Positions 10,564 to 22,419 of a stretch of DNA of 64,000 nt are shown piece after piece. Location: assembly GCA_013239625.1 (NCBI GenBank), contig MU054001.1:3574167-3638166 (forward strand). Reading direction: 5' to 3'. The position numbers were made by a program, and so were the translations under genes. The notes beneath the pieces were generated by a model that saw nothing but the letters and a program-made list of their open reading frames with translations, ran no database searches and was not told the origin of the DNA. Positions within the stretch are counted from its first letter, which is position 1, and each line of letters opens with the position of its first letter. This DNA comes from Lama guanicoe. Its lineage: Eukaryota.

Positions 10564-12974
10564 TTTGCCATGCAGCTTCTGGCTACGAGTTGACTGCATG
10601 AGTCTAAGCAGGAGACTCATTCAATACAACCTGCTCTGTGTTCAGGACTACATTTGGGCCTGACACACAGAAAGAATAGGCTCTAGTCCTCCTCTTACAG
10701 ATTTTTCCTTTAAACTGGAGTGGGGGCAAGGACTCTGGAACCGAGTGAAGTCATGCTTCTAGCTTTATCTAGTTTGAGATGGTTTTCTTCATAGCTTTAT
10801 CAGATTGTTTACTCTGACCTTCAGATCTTCTTTCTATTGTACATGAGATAGCCAGTCTGACCTTAGCTCTCCTAACAGAGTCAGGTTTTTCCTCTGCATG
10901 TCTGGCTGTTCAACATTGAAACAACCTCTCTGACTGATTGAAGTCAGCAAAGCTTCATTTATGGTCCAAGGAGGGCTGACTCTGGCCTGAAGAAGCCTGA
11001 GATGAGGATACACACCTTCTGCGCTAGTGTTATAAAAATATAAACTATGTGGTTCTCATTGTCTTTTAGGAAGATCAGAATTGCCCTCAGACATGCTGGG
11101 GACCTCTGAGCGGGGCTTTGTGGCAAAAACGCAGGCTTTATATTCTCTTCCCAATTCTCACCACTGAGCTTAACCTTCTGACTTTGGGTAATCACCTCAC
11201 CTTTGAGGGGCTTTATTCCTCCTTTCTCAAATGAGGGAATTGAACTTGGTCAGGTTTTGCCGCACTGTTCTCAGGTCCATGTCACGCATTTCTAGTTTAT
11301 CACTACACTCTTTCAGGTTGAGCCTAACACAGACTCAGGATTCCTTCTCAACACTGAACTAGACGATCTTTAGTTTCTCCTAAACCTTTCCAATATATGA
11401 TCCTAAGGCTTCTGGGCCAAGGAATTGACTCATTAGATGTAATTTTTGAATCTTAATTTGGAATCTTTCTTCCTTTTCATCAATAGCTGTGGTTCCTTTG
11501 TCCAGAGATGTTGGGCAGAGAGGATACGCTTGCATTCTCTCTCCAAATCCAGGAGTGCCAGAAGCATGCCTCAGTACTGAGAGAGTAATGAAGGCTCTCT
11601 CAAGAGCAGAAAGAACATGTTCCCGTAACTCCATAGCGATTTGGAGACAAAACGACTCCAGCAATTAATTCCATTACGCAGTTAATATAATTAGTTGGAC
11701 TTATGTATAAGGACCAACATTGGTAACTCAATTTTTTTCATTGTTTCTGTCTCTTTCCCAAGGTTCCAGTCCCTTAAATTTGTACATTATCTGTGACGGA
11801 TCTATCATTTATCTAGCGAATACAGTTGTCATTCACTTCATTTAATTAGCTTATGGATTCTAAATTATCTGCTACCATAAAATGTGATTTTATACTGCAG
11901 ATTAGAAAGGTTTTCAGAAATTTAATATGCCACTTTTAATTGGCAAAAAGTACCCTAAAGGATTCATAATATTTTTTTACTGCACTTGCATGTAGGCTCA
12001 AGAGAGAGAGATTGAAGCTGTTTAGTAAGAAATGGGATTTGGGTCAGTGAGATTGGTGGTGATTTATTTGGAAGAAAGGGAATCTGGGGGGATGGAGTCA
12101 TAAATAGAGCCATCAGAGGGCTGCGTTGGAGCGGTGAGACCAGTGAGTTGAAAACAGAATATCTTCTGGTTTTCATACCCTAGTCATTTTGATGGGCTAA
12201 CAATGTATTTCTGGCATAGAGTTCCAAGTCTGCAGCCACGACTAAGAACAGTCAATTTTCTGCTCTGTTTTACCAACCATTAAATCCATAATCTTCTGTG
12301 TATATGGTATTACCACACCTTCCCTAAATACATTCTTGGCCTCACTGATGCCTGGCTTGGTTGTACAGCTGGGCGGCTGTTTGTTCGGCAAAAGCAAACG
12401 GCTCTTTTTGATCCTCAGACTATGGAAATGGCCCACACGGTGAGGTTACGGTCATCATAAAGAGCCTGGGTTACAGGGAGCAACTTCAAGGATTTCCACG
12501 CTCATCTGTCTTCCTGTGCTGCTAATGAAAGTTTATAAAACATGACAATGGGCATAAAAAGTCTACAGCCTTTAAAGAGAAGATTTGGAAAGAATCAGAG
12601 GTCAGGAGAGGTAGGTGAAGCTGCGAGGGTCTCCACGCCCCTCTGGAACCCTCCCTCTCTCAGGAACCAGGTCCCCATCATCCTGTAAAATCAGCAAGAG
12701 ACAGAGCCCGCAAGTCTCAGCATTTCCCATCCTTTGGGGTTAAGGCATGGAAGGTCTCTGTTCGAAGCAAATGTGGAGCTAGGATTAATGCCTAGTACTT
12801 TCAGAGTAATGAGTTTTATTGGTTGAGTTTGGCTATGAGAAACTGATTCTAGTCCGGAAATTTCTCCTGGGTGAAAAAGATAAAAGAGAAGGCTTTGGTG
12901 TTGGGGGTCAGAAAAGGACCTGAACTGAAGAAGGGCAGGCTAGAGGGGGAGCCCAAAAGAGGGGAGGTGCAGAA

Positions 12975-13150
12975 AATAATAATCATATTAATTATTTCTG
13001 TAATAAACATATAATACTTAATATATATAATAAATATGTAATTATTATATATTTATAAATATACATTTATATATTTATATAGTAAATATAATAATATAAT
13101 AATAACATATAGATCATGTCAAAATCGTAGTGATAATTAATTAATCATCA
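12975..13150. repeat. AT-rich low-complexity tract
   Basis: Nearly pure A/T with (TA)n and AAT runs. Confidence 0.9.
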
Positions 13151-13164
13151 TAACAAAGAGCACC

Positions 13165-13370
13165 TACATTTTACTGAGTCCTTACAACGTGCCAGGCACT
13201 GTGCTGGGCTCTTAGTTATATCAGCTCCCCAATCAGATGAGATAGGTTCTAATATAAAGCACATTTATTTTGCAGAAAGGAAAATGGGGGCTTAGAGACA
13301 CGCAGTGACTTACCTGTAATCTCACTGTTGACAGATTTAGGATTTGCACGCAAGTCTACTTCCAAGGTCA
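13165..13370 (-). mobile_element. MIR SINE
   Basis: 'ttactgagtccttacaacgtgccaggcactgtgctggg...ttttgcagaaaggaaaatgggggcttagaga'. Confidence 0.85.
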
Positions 13371-13909
13371 GTGGGGCTACCAAGGATCCCAGACTGCTGA
13401 GAAGGGAGATCCCTTAGGCAAAGCTTCTAACACTTCCAGAAGGCGGCCCGCGCTCATCCAGGTCTGTTTTGCCCTGAGGAGCCCTTCGTTCTGGAAGCAG
13501 GGTCCAGCCTGTCAGAAGGAGGCAGAAGGGAACGAGAAAGACACAAACTCTGCCTTAGGACTGGCCCAGGATTGCTTTCAGGACTTCATATTTTCGCTTC
13601 TTTTGATTTCCCACCTCTGCGATAGACCCATCCTTTGCTTTCAAGTACTTACACGTGGTGTATGGGTTCTTGGTGGCCAGCTTTCTTTGCCAATCTCAAA
13701 AAGCTTTTGCCTTTTCTAGTAAAAAGTCAATGTATGGCCTCATTTTAGAAAAATCAGAAATATAATTAAGCAAAAGAAAGAAAATAAAGATGATTGTTAC
13801 TCCCACCACACAGACGTAGAAAACAACTATGTGCACGTTGTATTCACGCAAATGAGTTCTTGTTGCTTTCACATTTGCCAAGAGGGGAAAACGACATGCA
13901 GTGGTTTCA

Positions 13910-14070
13910 ATCTCAACCTCTCTGAGCCTCAGATTTCTTGCTTATAAAGGAGGATGAATAATCCTGCCTTCTTTATGTAATCTTTGTGAGGATTAAATGA
14001 AGGAAGCTGGTTAAGAATCTAGCAGAGGGGCTACGTGAAATAGTGCTCCATAAATATTATCTGCAATTGT
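13910..14070 (+). mobile_element. MIR SINE
   Basis: 'aacctctctgagcctcagatttcttg...gtgaggattaaatga...cataaatattatct'. Confidence 0.85.
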
Positions 14071-15409
14071 TAATAATATTAAACTGTAATATAAACACCC
14101 ATCAGTGCTATTATGTATTCTTGCATAGCATCCCTTTGAAACAATTTTACTGTTTTTCATTCTGTAAGGAAATGTGCTTCGTTATAAACCTAGAGACCAA
14201 CCACACGATAAACAATAAAACCATTCAGAGTCCAGTTGATAAAGAGATAGCCACTGTTAAACTTGAGTAGGTATATTTCCAACCTCACTTTATCTCGTGT
14301 GATTACAGGATTTGCCACACACAAAAATTTCCAAGAGCCAACTAGTAGTCCACAGACTAGATTTTACATCCTCTACTGAGCCAATTCTTTATTGCAGAGA
14401 TTTAGTTTGTTTCCCAATTTTTGCTTTTGGAAACAGTGTTGCAACAAACAGCTCTCTCACCAAATCTCCGGGTCTTACTGGAGTGAATTCCTGGGATTGG
14501 GATTTCTGGGTCAAAGTGCTTGCAGGTTTTTAAGGCTCTCGATGAACGGTGACCACACGCTCTTGAGAGATGTCACACAGGATGCAAGGACGTAAGGCAA
14601 TCTTGTTAGTGCGTGAGGGCGGGGTTTCCTCTGCAACAAATTTTGAATCCCAACCTGGTGACTGTGCTATGCATTGTGCTTCTGGGCCACCAGTCCTTGT
14701 GGTCAGTGGAAGAATAACCGGCCAATGCCTTCTCTCTTTTGTGTGTGTGTTAGTCTAAGGATAGCAGAGGGCATACTTAAATAAATGATTAGGATCGACA
14801 ATGGAAGGGTAAACAGAATCTTAATTCATGAGCATTTCCATTGTTCTTTCCTGACTTTCATGCTATAATCATAAAGCCGCCATAATCAGCCATTCAGTTC
14901 AACAGACCCTCATTGAACAGCTGCTTTGGACAAGGCTGGGAGGTAGGTGCAAAAAATAATACTGAATATTTGTTCAGTGTTCACACATGACAAAGTGCTT
15001 TCATACGCTTTAGTAAAAACCCTGAGCCCGGACTCAGGAGACCTGATTTTTAGATTCGCCTTTGCCATTTAATTGATGTTTGACCTCAGGTTGAATCTCT
15101 CTGCTCCTGTGTACATACGAGGTGCAGAATCCACGCCCTTTCTGTCTGAGAGGGTTTCTGGGCGATGCTCATGTGAGGTGCTTGTATTGTTCCATAGAAT
15201 GACAAATTTCAGCCAATTACAAAAATGGACTGCAAAGTTAAAACATTTTTTTAACTAGACCTAAGCTGAAAAAGGCCTTAGAGATCCTTGAGGGCAATGA
15301 CTTTCCAGCTGTGTGCTGGGGGAGCCTAAAGGTATGTGGGGACATCGTGACGATGAAGTGGGGTGTGGTGAGCAGGAAGGACTTGGGTCCCCACTGCCCG
15401 CTTTCACTG

Positions 15410-15560
15410 CCGGTTCTGGAACCAGATTGCTCACATGTGTCTTTGGACAAGTTACTTCAACCCTTTGGGTTTTCTCCTCTGATATGGGCACACAGATTGC
15501 TGAAAAGCTTAGGTAAGTTAATTAGTATCCAGTTCAGAACCATGGTAGGCACAATTAACA
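15410..15560 (+). mobile_element. MIR SINE
   Basis: 'atgtgtctttggacaagttacttcaaccctttggg...catggtaggcacaattaac'. Confidence 0.7.
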
Positions 15561-15638
15561 TTGTCTTTAATTTTATGGTCCACTTTGGGGTTCCTCCAAG
15601 GGTCAGATTTCACTGAAAATAATGTTTGAAGAATCGTA

Positions 15639-15745
15639 GGTGGGGAGGGTATACCTCAGTGGTAGAGCATGTGCTTAGCGTGAGCAAGGTCTTGGGTTCA
15701 ATCCCCAGCACCTCCATAAAAAGAAAAAAATTTATATATATATAA
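15639..15745 (+). mobile_element. Camelid tRNA-derived SINE (Vic-1-like)
   Basis: 'ggggagggtatacctcagtggtagagcatgtgcttagc...gggttcaatccccagcacctcc' with A-box/B-box, A/TA tail and TSD aagaatc (15629-15635 / 15746-15752). Confidence 0.9.
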
Positions 15746-15770
15746 AAGAATCACTGGCTTCTGTAACTTT

Positions 15771-15889
15771 CTTTTGGGGGGTGGCAATTGGATTTTATTT
15801 ATTTATTTTTGATGGAGGTACTGGGGATTGAACCCAGGACCTTGTGCATGCTAAGCATGCACTCTACCATTTGATCTATACCCTACTCC
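15771..15889 (-). mobile_element. Camelid tRNA-derived SINE (Vic-1-like)
   Basis: Reverse complement reads 'agggtatagatcaaatggtagagtgcatgcttagcatgcacaaggtcctgggttcaatccccagtacctcc...aaataaataaaatccaattgccacccccc'; TSD-like taactt(t)cttt on both sides. Confidence 0.9.
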
Positions 15890-16234
15890 ATAACTTCTTT
15901 ATTTTGCAGACGGAAAATTTACAGCCCAAGGAAGCCAGTCTTCATAGGAGAACCTGGCACACACAAACACACACACACATGCACACATGTCATCAATATC
16001 ACAGGCATCACTTTCTGAGTAATCTCGCCATCACAGATCCAGCAGCAAAGCTCTGCTAAACCAGTATCTTCAGTCACAGAGCTAGCGTTTCCAAATTCCC
16101 AACACGTATGAATCTGTGGGATCTGAGAATGAGAAATTGGAATTCTGGAAATCTTAAGTTGTTCTTCAAGTACTTTTAACCATGGGTATCTTAAAATATT
16201 GTTTGATAAATAAGACATAGTTCCATAGTATTTT

Positions 16235-16462
16235 GGGATTTTTTTATTCTTATTTTTTATTGAAGTGTAGTCAATTTACAGTGTTCAGTTTCAGGAGTTC
16301 AGCAAAGCGATTTGGTTACACATGTACATATATACATATGTATTTTTTCAGTTTCTTTTCCATTACAACTCACTACAAGAAACTGAATATACTTCCCTGT
16401 GGCATACAGTAGGTCCTTGTTGTTTATCTATTTTATATATAGGAATGTTAATCTCAGACCCC
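16235..16462 (-). mobile_element. Younger artiodactyl/camelid-type L1 3' end
   Basis: 'ttttttattgaagtgtagtcaatttaca...gaatatacttccctgtggcatacagtaggtccttgttgtttatctattttatatatag'. Confidence 0.85.
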
Positions 16463-17389
16463 TTGATGGTATTTATAAAGAGGGTTATAAAGAATGTATA
16501 AAGAATAGTTACAGATGTTCACATACTGGAAAGTGCTAGTGAATAGTATCGGGTAATATTGGAATAACATAACATTCCGATCTCCCAGCAAGCGAGAAAT
16601 CACCACACAGAATCAAAAAATTGCCAAAGGACTTATTTTGCTTCCAACCTTGTTTTCTCTTGGAACTCTACTCATAGGATTTGACTAAAGTAGAGTATGC
16701 CTATAAACATTAATATTTATTTTATTTGCGAGAATGACACACCATTAAGCAGCATACAGAGCCACAAGCACAACTGCCAGCAAGGCCAATGGGAAGATCA
16801 AACCCATTCTCCTCCCTGCTCTGGTCCTTAACCTTCAACCCCACATGGCGGAGTTTCCTGCTCTTGCTTTTCACCTGACGTCAGCGGATTCCTTCAAATG
16901 AGTAACGTCTGCATAGTGATGGCTGAGCTTTAATTCTCAGAGGAGAATGCTTTTTCTCATTTTCTCAATTTCTTGCCTGAATTTTTTCCGAGAATTGGCA
17001 AAGCATCGAAGTTTCCTGAAAAATACTAGAAAACAAAACGCAAACGTGGGAGACATGAAAGAAAGTCAAGAAAATTGAGATTCCAGGTCATGTGATTGGT
17101 CCAGACCACAGATGCTGTCCTTGTAGAGGACATTTGGAGAGGAAGGAGATTGTTGGGAACTGGCAGGGCTTCTCCGAGGAGGCGGTAACTGAGCTAGGTT
17201 TGCAGGATCTGAAAGACTTGAAAAGGCAACAGGATTCAAAAGAAACATCCCGAGGAGACAAGCAACCTGGCAAAGGAGAGAAGGAGGTTAAACCTCAGAG
17301 ACGGGTGCGTTTCAGGGAGGAAGAGCAGCTGGTCAGAGAGGACCCCAGAAGCCAGGTGTTAATATCCCAAGGATAGCAATGGATTGGTT

Positions 17390-18005
17390 TTTCCCTTGGT
17401 GTATTGATTTTATTAAGATTTTTAATTATAAAAGTAGCACATGGGAGAAAATTCATATAATTCAGAAGGGCACAGGGTAAGAAATGAGACCCCCCTTTTT
17501 CTCTCAGACCTTCAGTCCTCATCAGTGTTCTCTTTGAATCATATACATTCACATGTAATACATGAATACCCTTTTCCTTGTTAAACAAATGAAGTCACAC
17601 CAAAAGATTGCTGCTATACGTTCTTTTAAAAAATGTAAATTTAAAAATCTTAAAGACCTTCTTCTGTTTCAATACAGATAGCTTTGTGCCCTTATATTTA
17701 ACTCTTCCAGGGTATTTTCATTGTATGGATATGCCATAAATATTTTACCACCCCTTTATGAACATCCAGTTACCTTGTTTCCCATTTTTTAAAAAATTAT
17801 TAAAAATATTGCAATTGCTTTCTTGTTCCTCTACAGCTAGTCCCTTTTGCAAGTATGTCTTTATGGGATAAATTCCTAGAAGTGGAGAGGTCGAGTCACA
17901 TGATGTGTGCGCTTAAAATCTTGACAGTTATTGCTAAGTGCCCCTCCAAGAAGATTGTAGCAGATTTACATTCTCATCTGTGGTGTGTGAGGATGTTTCT
18001 TTGCA
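17390..18005 (-). mobile_element. Ancient L1 (L1ME-type) fragment
   Basis: 'cattgtatggatatgccata', 'ggataaattcctagaagtgga', 'gatttacattctcatc'. Confidence 0.75.
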
Positions 18006-18019
18006 TCCATGGGAAGTAC

Positions 18020-18235
18020 CCTGGTTAATAGGCAGGGCTCTGAAGTTGGTCAGCCTGACATGAATCATCCGTTCACAGTCTCCTCACTAAGGACTTTGGG
18101 AAAGTTATTTAATCAAGCCCCTTGCATCTCTGTTTGCTCAGTTGAAAACAGGGATAAGAATAGGATCTATCTCTTAAGGTGGTGATAGAATAAAATGAGC
18201 TGATGAGCCACATAAATGCTTCATCAGCACCGTGC
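18020..18235 (+). mobile_element. MIR SINE
   Basis: 'gactttgggaaagttatttaatc...gaaaacagggataagaatagg'. Confidence 0.75.
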
Positions 18236-18289
18236 CCACTGCAAGATCTGAACACACAGAGGCTTCTGCAACAGACCTTGTTGACTGAT

Positions 18290-18717
18290 GCCCTGACCCT
18301 ATATCATTTACCGTTCTCATCTCTGTGCGTGCTGCCCCACGTCGGCGCCTGTGTTTCTTTGCCTTTGGGTTTGCTGGTTGCCCAGGGCTGCTTCCCCTGC
18401 ACATGATCATTGCTGACCAGAAGGGCTGCAGAATTCATGACCACCCCACCTCCTGGCAACCTTTGGCTGAACTCTGATGGGAGTGGATGTATAGGTACCC
18501 CACTGAGGAGGTCACTCAGTACTCCCATCTCCCTCACACGCCCTCCAGCTTCCTCAGTGGCATCAAACTCCCGTCACCAGGGTAACTCACTTCATTCCCC
18601 CACCCACTACCTCTGTTCCCAAGGATCCCTCCCAGATCCTGGGATCCCTCCCGGATCAACTCGTGGTACTCAAACACTTTCTAAGGGTCTGCTTCTGGAA
18701 GGTCTAAATGAGGACAG
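18290..18717 (+). mobile_element. LTR16-like ERVL LTR (orientation tentative)
   Basis: Ends 'agggtctgcttctggaaggtctaaatgaggaca', similar to the LTR16-family terminus. Confidence 0.6.
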
Positions 18718-18753
18718 GTTTTGAACCTACTCCATCTGGGTTTTCTCCCCGCA

Positions 18754-19172
18754 TTTTTGCTATTGAAGCAAAGTCAGTTTACAATTTGTTAATTTCTGGT
18801 GGACAGCATAATGTTTCAGGCAGACATATACATACATCTATTTGTTTTCATGTTCTTTTTCACTATAGGTTACTACAAAATATTGAATATAGTTCCCTGT
18901 GCTATACAGAAGAAGCTTGTTATTTATCTATCTTATATATAGTAGTTAGTATCTGCAAATCTCAAACTCCCAATTTATCCCTTCCCACCTCCATCTCGCT
19001 AGTAACCATAAGTTTGTTTTCTACGTCTGTGAGTCTGTTTCTGTTTCGTCAATAAGTTCATTTTGTGTCTTTTTTTTTTAAGATTCCATATATAAGTGGT
19101 ATCATATGGTATTTTTCTTTCTCTTCTTGGCTTACTTCATTTAGAATAACAATCTCCAGGTCCATCCATATC
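18754..19172 (-). mobile_element. Younger camelid-type L1 3' end
   Basis: 'aatattgaatatagttccctgtgctatacag...ccataagtttgttttctacgtctgtgagtctgtttctg...gattccatatataagt...atctccaggtccatcc'. Confidence 0.9.
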
Positions 19173-19174
19173 AT

Positions 19175-19500
19175 CTGTTTTTGTAAAAGATAACGGGATG
19201 TTTTAATTTTCACTTCTCTAATTCTGAGTGAGACTGGCCTTTTTTTCCCATAGGTTACTGGCCAAATGCATTGCTTTCCTCTGCTCTCGGTCTGCTCTTG
19301 TACTTCGCTCATGTATCTATCAGGCTGTTTGTCTTTTCCATATTGATGTGTAAGAGCTCTTTGTAAATAATAAAAATCAGCCCTTTGTCTATTATGTGAT
19401 GCTGTTCCCCACATCGCTGCTTAGCCTCTGACTTTGGTTAGGACTCTTTTTTGCCTTTTTTTCTGGCCATATAGAAGTTTAAATTTTTAATGTAATCAAC
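19175..19500 (-). mobile_element. Ancient L1 (L1ME-type) fragment
   Basis: 'tgtaagagctctttgtaaat', 'atagaagtttaaatttttaatgtaatca'. Confidence 0.7.
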
Positions 19501-20396
19501 AAGAAGATGCGATTTCAAGTAACTGTGTCTTTTCATTCATTTATTGCTTTGGTTTTAGTTCTGTCCATAAAAGAGGCAAGTATGATGGAGAACATGCTTA
19601 GGCAAAAAGGAGCTTTGTGAAAATACTCTTCTGTATACAGATAGCTTAGTATTATATTTATATAGTAATAAATTATAATAAAATTATATATAATTATATG
19701 TAATAATTTTTTATGTTATACACACAGTGAAGTTCTAGCATTAATTTCTAATCTCTCTTCTCTGGAAATTATCCCTGCGTGACTGCAGAAATTCTTTGTT
19801 TTCTTGTTTCAAAAACCAAAGTTTATAGCAGCAGCAGATTTCTCGGATCCAGGCTGGCCTGAATAGAAGTCAATTCCTATATTTAACATCCATTACAGAG
19901 AATCCTTGATTTTTCTGTGTGTAACGTCTCAGAGTTAAGTGTTGAGAATTATCACCTGCCTGTCTAAAGTTCCATCAGTCTCTCTTCTTTGTATCTTAGG
20001 ATTTAAGGTTTGTTTGTTTGTTTTCCCTCTGCCTCCCGTTGTATCCTGTAAAGTGCCTGCAGCCCAGCCTTGGGAGGTTTGCAGCGTCCAGACCTGTCTG
20101 GCTCTGATTTAGCTGTGGCTGGAGGTTGGCTAGACCGCAGGGGTGGGGAGAGGGCGTTAGCACCCTTAGGAGGCATGCGCATGAGTGGTTGCACAGGTCC
20201 ACACCTGTGGCTTCAGGTGGAAAGTTCCACAGTTGTTCAGGCATGGATTCCCTGACTTTGGTCTTTTGTTAACGTCTCCCTGGGCTACTGACACCTGGGG
20301 ATGTGTGTGGTGGGGGGTCACTCTCTAACTTCTCTTTTTCTAACCACTGTAGTGTCATGGGGATGCCAGACTCTTTTTTTTTTTTTTTTTTTTTTT

Positions 20397-20449
20397 NNNN
20401 NNNNNNNNNNNNNNNNNNNNNNNNNNNNNNNNNNNNNNNNNNNNNNNNN
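20397..20449. other. Assembly gap (53 N) inside a poly-T run
   Basis: N run flanked by long T homopolymers on both sides. Confidence 0.99.
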
Positions 20450-20569
20450 TTTTTTTTTTTTTTTTTTACTTATCTAGGTCACCAAATAATACTAAGAAAT
20501 ACGAAAGCATTTTTTTTTTTCTTGTTCTTTAACCACGTCAGCCTGTTCCCACCCCAGGGCATGTCTGCT

Positions 20570-20850
20570 GGGTCTTCCCCTTTATTTAAGTCTCTGCTCA
20601 AATGTCCCTCCCTGGTGGCCGCCCCACCCACCTCATCTAAAGAAGCCACCTCTCCCCACGACTACACCCCAGTCACTTTTTGGCGTTATTTATTTTTGCA
20701 AAACACTGATGTCCAGCTGGAACTGTGTTATTTACCGGCTGGCTCGCTTGTTGTGGTCTCCCTGTTAGAATGTTCCTTCCACGATGGCAGGAACTCTGTC
20801 CTGGATCCCCAGCTCCTGATGGAGACACAGTAGGTGCTCCAAGTGATTGT
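20570..20850 (+). mobile_element. L2 fragment
   Basis: 'tctctgctcaaatgtccc', 'ttagaatgttccttccacgatggcagg', 'cacagtaggtgctc'. Confidence 0.75.
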
Positions 20851-22419
20851 GACAACAGGATTGTTTCTATGCGAGGAGGGATCCAGGATGCTCAGTCGTG
20901 GGGACCGGTACTGGCCCCTCAGCTGGGGACAGCCTGACACCTTCTCCTTGGCTGCATGGTCACCATGCCCTGGAACAGACGCTTCCCGGTCTTCAAAGAG
21001 GACTGGGGACTCTGCCTAGACTCTGTCCAGAGCCTCACTTGTGTTTAAAACCCACAGAGGGACATACTTAACCCTGTGATGTCAAGCAGAATGTGGCACC
21101 TGCTCTGGGAAGTGGAGCTGAAGGACAGCACAGAAGAGAAAGGAAGGAGGGCCATTTGGAGAGGCGAGCGGAGACTACGAGGGTGCGGGTTGGGGAGGAG
21201 AAGGAAGGCACATCCTTAATAGGGTCCCCCAGGAGCCCAGGAGGAAAAGGACACGGCCTTGTAGACACCAGTCGGTCTTCCCAGTGCATGGGCCAGTCAA
21301 CACAGGACCGGGAGATAAACTGCAGAACTTCAAGAAAATCAGCTCCTGGTTAAGAATATCAAAGGCAGCCCAGAGAGGTCAAGTGCGCTGTGTCATTCTC
21401 TCTGCATTTCTGTCTTTTTCTCTGTCTTCATTCCTGTCTGTCTGCCTTACTCTTGCCCTTGATCTCTCTTCAATACTCTCTCTATGTTTTAAAACGTCTG
21501 TATTTCTCTCCTTCTGAGTTCCTTTTATGACAGACGTGGGGCCAGTTTTGCATGTGAGCTCATCAGTCATCGTTTGCACGGATTCCATCAAAACTTTCTG
21601 GGACCAAATCAAATGAAAAGCAACCCATAAGCTGGGCTGAACAAAAGGGCTCTTTGGACTTGAAAAGGTTAGAGAAGACTGCAGGGGCTGCTCACACGGT
21701 TCGATCGTGTTCGAAGCTGGGGTTTTAATTTAGTTTTCCGATTTACCCCGTAGAAGTTTCTCATGGCTCGGCTGCTAATGCATTTCCAATTGAAATTTTG
21801 TAAATTATATTGGGAAACATTCTCAGCTAGAATAGATTGTGCAAGCTCTCATAATGGCTTCCCGCTGCTGCTTCTAGCAATATGGGGCTCTTCTGGAGGG
21901 ATGTGTGTGTGTGGACACGCGTCTTGAATCCTCCTCTTTATCCACGTGGCCAGGGGCTCTGTGTTCTCAGTGCCCCACCACACACAAACTCAGACTTTCC
22001 ATTAGCACTCCAGGCTGGCACTTCCTTTACCATCTTGCCAGGGCATCCTCTAAACACTTCACTTCCATTTTTAATAAAATCACCTTCTCCACAAGTTGAC
22101 AAGAGGATGCCATGGCTTTTCTGTAGCTTAGCTCTGCCCATGCCTTTCCTCTGCTCTAAAGTCTCCTGCCAAAAAAAATAATTTTTTTTATTTTTAAGCC
22201 AGGCATGGAACGTTATTCAAAATGTTGACCCCAATCTATTTTCCCAACAATATATGCTGTTACTCCTCTTCACAGATAAACTATCACTTCTCACCCCTGT
22301 CTGCTTTCCCCCTGGATGAAGACCCATCTTTCACCTGGACAAATGTGTAGCTTTCCTACCTGGCTTCTGCTTTGACCCTTGTCCCCTCCCCCACAAATAC
22401 ACACAGACAGGCGTCACTT

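Larger units (their letters stand above)
15294..15756. mobile_element. hAT-type (MER5/Charlie-like) DNA transposon relic carrying nested MIR and SINE
   Basis: Left end 'caatgactttccagctg'; right end reassembles as 'tttgaagaatc|actg' once the SINE is removed, resembling hAT TIRs (cagtggttctcaa...ttgagaaccactg). Confidence 0.5.

Noticed and set aside
15639..15889. Two tRNA-like sequences
   Set aside because: They have A/B boxes but also A-rich tails, TSDs and no proper acceptor stem, so they are SINEs and not tRNA genes.
19640..19720. AT-rich quasi-palindromic tract (possible cruciform)
   Set aside because: Self-complementarity follows from (TA)-rich low complexity; no long perfect arms.
20303..20833. 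176-aa ORF
   Set aside because: It runs through the N gap, poly-T and an L2 fragment, so it is an artefact.
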